Source: Guillardia theta CCMP2712
Taxonomy: Eukaryota; Protista; Cryptophyta
Direction of reading: 5' to 3'
Length of the DNA: 64,000 bases
Assembly: GCF_000315625.1 (NCBI RefSeq)
Contig: NW_005434646.1
Location: forward strand, 124,001 to 188,000
The notes beneath the pieces are model-generated. The model saw only the letters and a program-made list of their open reading frames with translations, searched no databases and had not been told where the DNA came from. Both the position numbers and the translations under genes were made by a program. Of this stretch, positions 13,810 through 25,560 are shown one piece after another; positions within the stretch are counted from its first letter, which is position 1; every line of letters starts with the position of its first letter.

Positions 13810-16549
13810 ATGAGGAACCTGCACAAGCTTCTGCCCCTCGTTATCTTCCTCCTTCCTCTCTGCGACCTCCATGCTACTCGATGGGATTTGTGCAAGCACC
13901 CGACTTCCTCGCTCCTCGTGTTCGAACGATGTTGGAAGAGCTTGCCGCATATCCGAGGGGGGTGAGTGCATGCGTCCTTGTCCTTCTCCCGTCGCTTCTC
14001 GACAGGTTGACGATCATGCATGTCAGCAGCAAAGATAAATCGGCTAACGACGAGTGCGCAAACTGCAAGAAGACAAGGGACATGGTAGCTGAAGGAGATC
14101 AGACTGGTTGTGGATAACATGCATGCAGGTGGAAACGCTGCTAAAGTGTCCTTGGTGCCGGAAGTTCTTCTACTGCGGGAGTGAATGCCAGAAAGAGCAC
14201 TGGCCAGAGCACAGGTCTGTGCATGCTCTTGCCAGATGAAGGTAATGACGTCACTCAAGAAACTTCTGTCCTCCTCGTTCAAGTACATCCAGCAAAGGGG
14301 AGAAATTGGAGCTCAAGGCTAAACCATTAGAGCAGAAGATCCTTGAGACAGAGACTGAGGTTACAAGCGTCTCCTCCCTTTCCGTCCTCCTCCTCTCCTC
14401 TCCTCATCTCCTCCTCTCCTCCTCTCCTCCTCTCTTCGCCTTTTCCATTTTTCGCTCCAACATCACATCACCATCTGTTGCAGGAACAGCGAAGAATCAG
14501 GAGGAGAAAAGAGCTTGCAGAGAACGTGGATGACGACGATCTGCCTGAGGGCTGGACCATGTGTTCCTCTTGTCAGAATCCAGTGCTCATCGCCTGGTTG
14601 GAATGTCCTAGCTGCTTCCGTCCCATCAGTGAAGTTGAAGACGATAACGTAAGCTTCTTCTGATGGAGAAAGCAAGTTTCTTGCAATGATGCCCTCTCTT
14701 CCTCCAGCCTGTCTCCAACATTCCTCCTATACAGCTGGCGGAGATGAAGAAATCCGGGCACTACAAACTGGAAGACACCGAAGAGTTGATGCGAGCGGCA
14801 GAGGACAACGACATTCAGTCTCTCGAGAATCTGGTGAGGCCTGATTTCTTTGCCATCTCAAACCTTGATTCTTGTCCTCTAGATCAAGAAAGGAATCGAC
14901 GTGAACTTCAAAAGCTCAGAGCTTTACGGGTGAGAAATCGTTGTGTATCCTCGATCGAGTCGTCGCCTCAATCTCACCACTGCCATCCACCTCCTCCTAC
15001 TCGACTCCTTCGACTCCTGATCACTAACTCCTCCCCCTGTCCCTCCTCCTATTTCTTGTCCTTGGCTCGGTTTCTCAGGTCCTCTCCACTACATTACGCC
15101 TCCATCAGAGGAAGCGTTGAAGCGGCTCGCCTTCTCCTCGCTGCAGGAGCGAAAGTGAACATTGTGAACTCTCAGAAAGAGTCACCTCTCCACTGGGCAT
15201 GCGAGGGAGGGAAGAAGGAAATGGTTGAATTGCTGGTCGAGCAGGTCAGCTGGACTGAGGAGGAGACGAGGAGACGACGGGAAGGAGAGGGCGGAGATGA
15301 GAGGAGGAGGGAGGAGGAGGCGGGAGGAGGCGGGGGGGGGGGGGGAAAGACAGTTGATGGCTGCTTATCGATTGCAGGGCGGCGACTGCAAGTTACGAAG
15401 CAACTTCGGAGAGACTCCGCTGGACTTTGCTATCTCCTCCTGCAATCTTGAGGTGCTGGACGCCTTGAAGAAAGCAGGCGTGAAGGTGGATGACTGGATG
15501 ACTGAGGATAAGAACAAAGTGTGGGAGGAAGAGGAAGAGGATGAGGATGAGGAACAGGGGGAGAAGGAGGACGAGGATGAGGATGAGGATGAGGAACCAT
15601 TCTATTTGTATGAAAACGTCACCTACAACAAAACCGCTGAAAGTAATATAAGCAGTGGAGCTGATGGCGAGGAAGCTGACGATTCTTGTGAACAGGAGAG
15701 TACAGAAGAGCACGTCTTGAGGAACAAGACAGGAAGTTTAATGAGGAAATCACTTCTATGAAGGTACATGACTCTTGATGCTGTTGTTCCTTCGTTTCCT
15801 CATCGCTGAGACAGGAAAATATAACACAAGGGTGGAATGACAAGTTTGGCCTCCAGCAGAATGAGATGGCCCAGGAGCAGTCTGAAGATTTTGGGACGCG
15901 AGACAGGGAGGAGCCGCCATGGGCTGAGCAGCGGCGAATCATTCAAGAGAAGATGGAGAAGGTGAAGGGATGTGTAGGGGATTGAAGGGGGAAGGGAACC
16001 AGGAAGAGGAAAAGATGGGAAGAGAGACAGAGGAGGAGGAGACGGGAGGGAAACTCACGTCTTGACCATCTGCAGGTTCGAAGTGACTTCGAGAAGAAGA
16101 TGGAGGAACGGGATCAGTTCATCGCTCAGGTTAGCGACCTCGTGGCATTCCAGAAACTAAGATGGAGGAACAGGGGGGAGACGCAGACGACTGGCCCATC
16201 TACATCCCCACGGATCAACCTGTGATGAGTAAGCTGAGGAGGTAGTGTACCTCCCTTTGCACAGACGCTCCCGCAGGTGTCGGACAGGTTGTGGACTGCG
16301 AGGAGGAACCGGGCCAAGCTAAACCGGGGAAGGAAGCCGCTGAGATGAAGGGGAGTTGGGATACAGTGGAAGGAGAGGAGGCAGAGAGTCTGATACAGAA
16401 GATGATCCGAAGGGAGATGCAAGAGAAGGAAAGGTCTGGTTGAGGCCTTGAACGAGATGTTGACCATCGCGCAGGGTAACCTCGACCAAGTTCCAACCTT
16501 GTCCTCTCTCCTCTCCAGGGACATGGACGAAACGGACATGGAGGACTGA
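13810..16549 (+). CDS. Signal-peptide-bearing ankyrin-repeat protein with CxxC..CxxC zinc ribbon and acidic tract
   Basis: ATG 13810 gives MRNLHKLLPLVIFLLPLCDLHA; MCSSCQNP..LECPSC; SPLHYASIRGSVEAARLLL, ESPLHWACEGG and GETPLDFA. Confidence 0.7.
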
Positions 16550-16622
16550 ATTGCGAGAGTGTGAGGAAACGAAAGTGAGCAGGAGCAGCGGCAGTAACTC
16601 CACGACTTTGCAAGTGATACCA

Positions 16623-17522
16623 TCAAGTGTTTCCTCCTACAACCTGCTTCGTCCTCCCTTTGCTTGTCCGGACAACGACTCCCCATCCATCATCGATGTC
16701 CTGCTCAAAGAATCACACGCATCACGTACGAAGCAGCATACACACCGCCTGCTGCTCAGCGGTGAGCTCAACTGTCTCGGGAGCAGCCGAGGAGCCGCCG
16801 TCTTCCTCCATCATCTCACAGTCCGAACCTCCATCGCTGCTGTCCTCCTCCCCCTGGTTGTCTGCTACACATTGATCCAGGCTGGCCGCAGGGGCACTAG
16901 AACGTCCTCGTCATGGCAAGTAAATTTCCAGTGGGTACAAGACCTGAGCAGAGCACGAGCTTCTTCAATGCTGCCAGACCGCACAAGTTCGAACAATCTG
17001 CAGATGAGATGGGAAACCTTCGGTGATGGTGAGAAAGAGGAATAGACGAGGTTCAAGACTCACCTCATACGGACTGTCATCATCCGCCTCCGTGTTGAAC
17101 ATTTCCTGTTGCATTCTCACCGCCACTACCTCACGCTTACGAGGGAAAGTGAGCAACCTGCAGGTATTGATCCAGAAATTCCTCCAACTCGCTGGGATCA
17201 GGAGCATTCCGCTTCGTCTGTCGCCTCCGTTAGCAAAGAGACTCATACTTTTGTTCTCGCACCACAAACCCTGAGACAGTCTGCTCTATCAAACTCTCTC
17301 GTTTCGCCATGTTGTCGCCGTCCCCCCATTCGTTAGTGACCTGCACGCTTTTCAGCTTCATGCACACCCGCATACTCTACATCTACCGCAAGATTCAACG
17401 CTGTCCACCTCTGCAGCAGCAAACGTCAGCAGCAGCGCAGCAAGTGAGCGACGTGCCTGGTAGACTGTTCGGACTGCATCGGCAAAGAGGGAGACAACAG
17501 AAGGGTCGAGCTGAGACGCCAT
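16623..17522 (-). CDS. TSR2: Pre-rRNA-processing protein TSR2 homologue
   Basis: Spliced reading MASQLDPSVVSLFADAVRTVY-RWTALNLAV...ELEEFLDQYLQ-EMFNTEADDDSPYE...acidic tail DDGWGVV matches TSR2 family motifs (WTAL.LAV, FNT..EDDS, DDGW.VV). Confidence 0.75.
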
Positions 17523-18064
17523 GAGGTTTTCCTGCCACCACGATCAGTCTTGCACGATTGTGAGCATCCCAATGATCGATGAAACCAGCTGCTTGCGACT
17601 ACCATTAAAACCTCTCATGGAGCTCTCGAACAAGTGCTCGGTCATTCGTTCCTTTTTCGACCTCGTTTCCTTATCCTCTCGCCTCCTCTCGTCGCTCCTC
17701 TCTCCCATGTTCTCATCGTCGCTTCCCCTCTCTCCCATGTTCTCATCATCGCCTCTCCTCCTCTCCTCCTCTCCTCCTCTCCTCCTCTCTTCTCTCATGT
17801 TCTGACTGATCAACGAAAATCGGCACGTGTGCATCGGGCACCACGACTCTGAGGCAAGCCGGAACGATGCTTCAACAGCAGGGGTAGTCTAGCAGTAATA
17901 CATAGGGGTACACATGACACTTTTGTAGAACCCGGTACATCAAAATGATTGAGAAGGAAAAGAGTAGGGTGGGGGTACTATTCCACAAGGACAGCAAAAC
18001 ACGTATACCCAATCACATATACTTTGTTTTCTGCCCCACGACGCCTCTTGGCGACACTGGGACC

Positions 18065-19360
18065 ATGCGCGGGGAGAGGAAAGCGCTGCTTCCCTTTGCC
18101 TCCTCCTCCTCCTCCTCCTCCTCCTCCTCCTCCTCCTCCTCCTCCTCCTATCTCCTACTAACCATCCCACTATGTCTTACGGCCATGGTTCTTGTTGCGT
18201 ACACTGCCGGTCCTACATCAGAGACGATGCTGTACTCTCTTGGAATGACCGGGCCTCGCTATGAGCCTTGGGCAATGCATTCCCTTCCTCGGCCCTTTGA
18301 CGAGCGGAGACCTCTCGGACTCGTTCAGGTTCTCATTGTTTTCCTCTTGTATGCTGCTCCTCTTCCTGCCTTGTGAGATGCTGTTCTCACTCCTCGACTA
18401 GTGGTATGCTGATGTGTTCGCTGCAGTACATGCCGGATAACACGACAGATTGGTATCCGAATCAAGATGTTGGTGAGCTCAAGCTCGTCAACGGCAGGAT
18501 TGTGGGACATGAGGAAGTTGAAAACGTTACGGCTAGCGAGTCGAAGAATGAGACAGAAGCAGCAGCAGAAGGCGAGGAGACTGAGGCTGAAGAGGGTGAA
18601 GGGGCTGAGGAGAGTGAAGGAACAGAAGGGGAGGAGGAATCAACTGAGGGAGCAGAAGGAGAAGGAGAAGGAGAGGAGCCAGCTGCGACGAAGAGTAGAC
18701 AAACGATGCTCAAGGTTGTGAAAGGGAAGGAGAAGAAAACATACAAAGTATTGGATCCTGCGGATTGGTTGAAAAACAAGGTTACAAGCACGGTGTCTGC
18801 CATGAGAAATTCTATCAAGACATCAAACATGAACAAGAGGAGAATCCCTGATCCTATCGAATGGATGGAATCAAGATACTTGAAGCATGTCCATGGCGGT
18901 AAAGTACTTGCTGGCCATCCTTCCAGCCAATCTTCACAGGTGAGTGGGAGATTTTCCTGTGAAGGAATTTAACCCCTTGCCTGGCAGATGCAAAGAAGAC
19001 AGCGAGTTGTTGGAAGCCACAAGCTCCACACGTCGAAGCTTTCTCAGCTGAAAAGTTTGGCCTTGAAGGTGCATTTTGCAGATTGCGTGCCACAAGCTCC
19101 ACACGCTCATGCCTATGACTTGTTTTCATTAGGGGAAGTTCAAGATGGCAAACAAGAAGTCTGAACTTCTAGCACTGCAACATGCGAAGATCCTGGGATG
19201 CAAGGGAATCCATTACCGCGTTGAAGGACATTCTCTTGCCGCTGCCCCTTGCGCATCAGTGACTTTGCTTCTCTGTCACGTTTGCTCTTCGATGACGCTT
19301 GCTACAGCAAGCCGAAGAGTTCAAGGTGCTCAGAACTCAAAGATTCACTCGCCGTGGTGA
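18065..19360 (+). CDS. Type II membrane or secreted hypothetical protein with Glu-rich tract
   Basis: Hydrophobic segment YLLLTIPLCLTAMVLVAY; exons in ORFs 17945, 18373 and 19145; 3' end uncertain. Confidence 0.45.
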
Positions 19361-19979
19361 CCAAGGCACCACCGTCAAGGGTGCCCGAGAGGATCTGGTT
19401 CGAACAAACTGACCGATCGGTTCCTTGCGCTGATTTGCTTTACCTCAGGGTGCGGGCGAGTTCAAGGCAATCTACAGGGGTAGAGATCTTGCTTCCTACG
19501 CTGATGACCAATTTTTCTCACCTGTAAAGCACTTGATGTCCCTTGTGTTGGACTCCTGAACCTTGAGACAGGCTTCTCGAGTTCCCATGTCGAAGCTGAA
19601 TCTCTTCGGCAACAAGGCGGACGAGGTAAGAGCAGAGGCCAAAACCAATCGGCCTGACGTGAAGTATCAGGCTGATGATGAGCTGTTAGCAACTCAGAGA
19701 AAGGTGAGCGTGTAACCTTCAACTCAAGGATTCTTGACACCTGTATCATCTGCCAGGCTAGCGCAAGAACGCAAGGTCAACAGGCCCAGAGCCCTTCTCA
19801 TGTTTGGCATACATGGTAGAGATGGCAAGAGAAGCCTTGCATCAGTGTACAGTACAGAACATGAAGGTGGTTGTTTGAATTGAAATGGTTTTTCACAATT
19901 TATTTTGACAATCACTATCATCACATCACCCCTCAACCAACTAATGCACCTTTACAGTCTCATGTACAAGTGAGTGACA

Positions 19980-21296
19980 TCACTCCTCGTCTTGCTTTAT
20001 CTTGGGGTAGTAGAGAACATCTCTGGGTGCATGATCGTTGCAGAACACAACGATGTCCCTGGATAACAAAGCATCGAGTAGGAAAAGGATGCTATCTTGC
20101 CCCAGACGTCGGTGGGTCCCCATGAGGACCGCAAGACGCATTTCAAAATTCATTGGCGTGCAAACTGTTGTTGTCCTATGCGCCTTTGCTAGCAGTGCCG
20201 ATCCGACCTCCCCAATATCATTCTCTTCCAGGTAGAGCCCTTGGAGCGAATCGTTATGATTGAGCATTTCTGCCAAGCTTGCCGCACCATCATCCGTGAT
20301 CTCGTTGCATGCTAATCCAATCACCTTCAAGTTGCTGTTCGATTCCAGTGCCCTGGCAAGAGACTTTGCGCCTTTGTCTGTAATGCCGTTACATACCAAA
20401 CCGAGGACTTTCAGAGCAGGGTTTCTCTCCAGCATCCCGCTGAGGATCTCCGCCCCACAGTCTCCGATGGCATTGTAACTGAGCTCAATCTTCGTCAGGC
20501 ACTTGCTCATCAAGCACGCCTGCGACAAAGCAGAAGCACCAGACTCAAGGATGCCGTTGAAACCAAGACCCAAATATTGAAGTGAGCTGTTTCTTTGGAC
20601 CGCATCAGCAAGAAATACAACCCCAGAATCACCAAAACCATTGAAGCTCAGCTCCAACGATTTCAGGCTTGAATTGTGTTTAAGACCCGCTGCTAGGCAA
20701 GCAACTCCATGCTGCGAAATGCCGTTGCTAGCAATGTCAAGAGACTCTAGCGTTGAGTTGGCAATCAGAACGGCCGACAAGGCACTAGCGCCCTGATCCG
20801 AAATACTATTAGAACTGAGATCCAGGAGCTTCAAAGTTTTGTTGTATCTGATCTCACGCGCCAATGCAACAGAAAGCAACGGAGTTATGTCGTTGTCGCC
20901 GAGAAATAGCGACTTGATCTCGTCTAACCCTCCCGAGTCATCGCCCTCAGGAATAGGACGTGAGTGGCTCCCTTTTTGGAGATCTAACGAGATTTCGATT
21001 CTATCTCTTCCATCAATCGTTTCAGTCGTCCAGAACCTCAAATTTCCATCAGCAAAATGATCTGACTCAACAAGGCAAGGAATTGCACCATGAACCACGT
21101 CTGTCTGTTCACAACCAGCACCAGTGCTGTCTCGCCGAGTAGTTGACCACTCAGCACGCTCTGTTGAAGGTGTCTCGTTCAAGAGGAAAGGAACGGATCC
21201 AGGGACATTGAATCGGTAGAAGGCTGCTCGATGGAATTCAGCATCACCTCGTGGCATGTTGGGTATTGCCAACGCACGATTAGAGAATGCCCTCAT
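19980..21296 (-). CDS. RNI-like (NLRC3-type) leucine-rich-repeat protein, intronless
   Basis: About nine 28-aa repeats LxxLxLxxNxIxDxGAxxLAxxL; C-terminal AVLMGTHRRLG motif. Confidence 0.9.
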   Translation of the reverse strand: MRAFSNRALAIPNMPRGDAEFHRAAFYRFNVPGSVPFLLNETPSTERAEWSTTRRDSTGAGCEQTDVVHGAIPCLVESDHFADGNLRFWTTETIDGRDRIEISLDLQKGSHSRPIPEGDDSGGLDEIKSLFLGDNDITPLLSVALAREIRYNKTLKLLDLSSNSISDQGASALSAVLIANSTLESLDIASNGISQHGVACLAAGLKHNSSLKSLELSFNGFGDSGVVFLADAVQRNSSLQYLGLGFNGILESGASALSQACLMSKCLTKIELSYNAIGDCGAEILSGMLERNPALKVLGLVCNGITDKGAKSLARALESNSNLKVIGLACNEITDDGAASLAEMLNHNDSLQGLYLEENDIGEVGSALLAKAHRTTTVCTPMNFEMRLAVLMGTHRRLGQDSILFLLDALLSRDIVVFCNDHAPRDVLYYPKIKQDEE

Positions 21297-23023
21297 GAAC
21301 AACAAATCTTTCTCAATTCATCCACTGCTCCACGTTCAGCTAGTTATGTACAAAGTATGAAATGAAGGTCCTACTTATTGCAAAAGCCAGAGTCTCCAGT
21401 TGAAATCGATTAGTAAATTCTGAAATCCTGAAGGCTTCCAAGGAAGTGTTGGTTTGTGCGATCTCGTTGTATCAGTGATTTCTCAATAAAACAAAGCTCT
21501 ATCCTGCAGGAGACACGAGCTGCACGATTCTGTTTATTCTGGTTCTCTTTGCTGCCTCCACATCCCTCCTGTTACCAATCTCTCCACACGCATGGGCCGC
21601 CAAGCTCGGGTTTACTACAGATTGAGAAGGTGTGATCTCAACAATAATCTCGTTTTTAAAAAAGTAAAAAGTATGTACATATGCGACCCCTGCCGTCTAA
21701 AACTTGTTTTGGAGGGCCTTGTATATATGGGACAGTTTTTTATATAATGCGTGCAGAAACACCGATAATTATATCTGTCTTTGTAATATTTATATCAAAT
21801 TATGTACTTGATTTTCATATTTATGTATATTTCTCACAACGAGGGACCAGGGACTTTGGGGAAGGTCGGACGAGCTCAGATTTAATTACATTTTTATAAT
21901 CATCCAAATAGTGTATTTTCGAAAATGTCTTCAATCAGTTTTTATTTTTGTATTGCATCCCTGGAGGGCGACTGGCGGCTTTAAACTGGGTGGGGTACCC
22001 CCAAGGAGGGGTAGGTCTGTTATGATTCGAGAATACTACGGGTACTTTACTATTTGATTTCATAGTTTTTACTGGTGGGTCTTATTACAGGTATCTCAAT
22101 CGAGGACATTTAAGGGAGGACCTAGCGACCCGTCTCCTAAACTCACCCTACCCCTTTGATCACCATATGTGCACAAAAGACCGGGTCAAAGGATGATATC
22201 TAAGTCCCTAAAATCTCTAAGTGAATCACTAAGTCTGTACCCCCATGCTATCTGCATTGAATCTTGGAGATTACGGATAGCTTCACCCCTACCCCTACAA
22301 ACTTCACGGCCAATACTCAAAAGCGATGAGTGTGAAATAATACCAAATATTACAAATTGATTTGAAAAATTATATCATGATTTCAGCCTTGGATCAGTAT
22401 TTGAAAACTTGGTTACTTTGTGACTCACTTGATCGCTTGACCCCACCCCCGTCCACCGTTTGGTAGCATCTGTGCTGTACGAGTATTTACGAGGGAGGAT
22501 TTACAGGTGCTCTATAAAGGTATCAAAAGTCTCTAGTGAACTCCTATGATCGAAACGGCATCAGCTTACCTTGTCCCACTCCAGAAGCTCCTGGGAGTTA
22601 TAAGGTAGAGATGCGTCTCACCTTGCGACCTCACCACGGTCTTCCACTCTTTTTGTGTGTGCAAACTTCAGTCTTCAGTCCCCACTAGGCTGGACCGGAC
22701 TGCTGCCGTAGCGGCCCGCCGTCCCGGCCCGGGACCTCCCGGGCCTCCATGACCGGGCCGTGACTCTAATAATATCGATTGCCTACTTTTTTTCCTCACT
22801 CAAAGTGACTGAAGTTTGCCCTTCTTTTTGAGTCAATAAAAGAAGAAGTTAAAAATCTTTTCATGATGCATCGAAGAGAGGCGACTATCATGGTGAGATG
22901 CGATCACAGCGAACGGTTTCTAGAAACCTCAAGACAAATGAGTGGTTAGCGATTGTTGCTTCATCTGCATCTTACAAAAATACATGGATGCCTCAGAAGA
23001 AGATTTGCCCGTTTTCTTAGCAT

Positions 23024-24343
23024 ATGGAATTTGCCAAATTATGTATCGCTTGTAACCTCCCCCAAACGCTAGAAATCTGGATGATGATTCGAAACAGTTG
23101 CAAGAAAGCACGGAGAATCACTCCAAAGAAGTTCATAACATTCATCTTACTAGGATCATTGTCAATTGTTATATTGCCGTTGTTTCATGATTTGGAGGAC
23201 GGCATTGTGATTTTGCAAGATTACACTGATACGAAGGAGGCCAGATCTAAACTCGCAGACGTATACCAGCATGGTATCATCTGGTTACATGGATACATGC
23301 ATCTGAGCTGTGTAAGACCAGACTTGATTAGCGTGGTCGAACTTGGGGAAGGCGGTGGACTTGGCAGTATGATCCAAATGGCTGCTAAAAAGGTTGTTCA
23401 AGTGATTGGCGAAGGTCGGATACCAGTTTTCTCTGGGCATTACAAATCATATACACGAAATGCGATTTGTTCGACTTATCTACGTGGCGAGAGAATTTGT
23501 GGATCTCAGTGTTTCTTCGAACCTCTGGCCGTATGTGACAACAAGCTAGTTGATACCATCAGTCTCTCAGGGAGTGACCTGAACGCAACCTGGATGGCAA
23601 GAACAGACATTGCTGGCTGTATGATCCCAATCAATTTCAGCCAATACGGGCGGAGTTTCTGGTACGGAGTTGTGCAAGGGTACATGGTCAGGCTGAATTC
23701 AAGGATGACTGAACGCGTGCAATTCTTTCACCAGAAGTTGGGAGGTCAACCATTTGACATTGCAGTCCATTTGAGACTCGGAGACAAACTTACTGATGCA
23801 GATTCCAGGCAGAGCAGATTGTCGCGCATGCCGACTCGACAAATCGTTCAACTGTTTTGGAAACAGGTTCTGATGATCGCTGAACCGATCAAAAAGGTGC
23901 GGTCTCGGCCTATTTCGGTGTATCTTGCATCCGACACCCTCATGGCTTTGAACTTGTTTCTTGCTGAAGCAGCAGATCACGCGATGATTCGAGTGTTTCA
24001 TATCTCTACAAAAACTCAGAACATATCAGGTCCTAATGTACAAGTGATGGAGTACGTGGACAAATCCAATGATGCTTATGAACTCTCTGAGGAGTTGATT
24101 GTTGAAATGTCCTTGATGATGAAATCTAATCATTTTGTGGGCATATGTATGTCACAAATTGCTAGAATGGTGGAACAGATAGGGAAGGCATCTGGCACTC
24201 TTCGATCTGCTGTTGCAATCGATTATGAGAACATTCCGGTACATTGCATTGCTAAATTTGGTAGAGAAGATGGTTGGACATCGAGCAGATTTGGATTTAC
24301 ACATTTGGCCAGACTCATACGAAACAATCAGATTCATGAATGA
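23024..24343 (+). CDS. GT23 (FUT8/NodZ-like) alpha-1,6-fucosyltransferase-like Golgi protein, intronless
   Basis: N-terminal TM anchor; GGGLGS, AVHLRLGDK (cf. FUT8 GVHVRRTDK), VYLASD and SNHFVGICMSQIARM (cf. DFLVCTFSSQVCR). Confidence 0.8.
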   Translation: MEFAKLCIACNLPQTLEIWMMIRNSCKKARRITPKKFITFILLGSLSIVILPLFHDLEDGIVILQDYTDTKEARSKLADVYQHGIIWLHGYMHLSCVRPDLISVVELGEGGGLGSMIQMAAKKVVQVIGEGRIPVFSGHYKSYTRNAICSTYLRGERICGSQCFFEPLAVCDNKLVDTISLSGSDLNATWMARTDIAGCMIPINFSQYGRSFWYGVVQGYMVRLNSRMTERVQFFHQKLGGQPFDIAVHLRLGDKLTDADSRQSRLSRMPTRQIVQLFWKQVLMIAEPIKKVRSRPISVYLASDTLMALNLFLAEAADHAMIRVFHISTKTQNISGPNVQVMEYVDKSNDAYELSEELIVEMSLMMKSNHFVGICMSQIARMVEQIGKASGTLRSAVAIDYENIPVHCIAKFGREDGWTSSRFGFTHLARLIRNNQIHE

Positions 24344-25560
24344 TGTCATGAAATGGATTAACACATGGGGCAATACCCTGTTTGTGGATAACGTTTCAAA
24401 CAATCTTACCTAAATTTTTTCGCTTGCTCATACATTTCGTGTATACTTTTACTTTTTTCTCGAGCAACTATTTTGTACCGCTGAAAAGTAAAAGACATGA
24501 TCTACGCAGAAGCAATGTGAATTCTCCATCGCCTTGGTCATGTCTGCTTCTTGTTGCAATAGCTCCACTGTTTGGCTTCCACACGCGATCTAAACTTCTC
24601 TGATCATCCGATCAAGGATCTGACATATATCAATGCCGTCACAAAAGTTGTGGACGGTGCAGTGTGAGAATCTTGCGGTCAAAGATTCTCAGCTTGTGAT
24701 CCTTGTGAGGTTTACAATTCAACTTTTGACAACGTTGTGAGAAAGGACATGTACACAAACAACGCGTTCTCTTTTGCTCCTACCATCATTTCCTGTATGT
24801 TTCTGCATGACGATCTCATGAGTCACGGCTGTGATCTAGTGCTTTCTGTCAGGTACTCTCCAGGGGTACTCTCTCCATGCTCACCCTCGCCCTCATCCTC
24901 GTTCAAAAGAGCCAGCCTCAGACAGGCTCTCGCCGCCATGCTACGCCCCTCCCTACCCCGGCCTAACTTGTTACTACAGCTGCTATTAAACGCCACCGGT
25001 GGTCACGATGGCATGACCCGGTCCTGCCTCACGAAAGTACCCCTACGATTTCACAGGAGCTTCTACAAGTCAGCACCACGGGTGATTCTGATATCTGTAA
25101 CAACCGGTACTAGCATGTGACTGCTCTAGCTGTCTCAGTCTGACCACCCGCCTGCACCCCCACCCTTCCAAACCTTTACCACCCCCTCTTTCATGTTGCA
25201 TCTTCTTGTGTGACCGGTCCATTTCAGAGCTGTCTTCCTCACAAGTATACTGTAGGGTAGACACCCCTACCCTGACTCAATCTTAAGTACCCAGGTAGTC
25301 GGTGGGTACTTTTAGCCCCATGAATGGGCTTATCCCCCCCAAAAGCTCTTCAAAGTCGGAGGGTCCCATCCCGTAGTAAGCATCCACCACCACCGCCATC
25401 TCTTCCTCCTCTTCCATCTCTTCCTCCTCTTCCTCCTCTTCCTCCCCTTTAGGAAGGTTGCCTGCTGGCTGACCACATTGTTCAGCAAATCTCAGCATCA
25501 CTTGTTCACGGAGCTTTCTCGCTTCTACGAAATCCCACTGATCATCGACAATCTCTTGCC

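Noticed and set aside
17975-17987. Exact 13-mer GTACTATTCCACA shared with 46859-46871
   Set aside because: Many 13-mer matches are expected by chance in 64 kb; not evidence on its own
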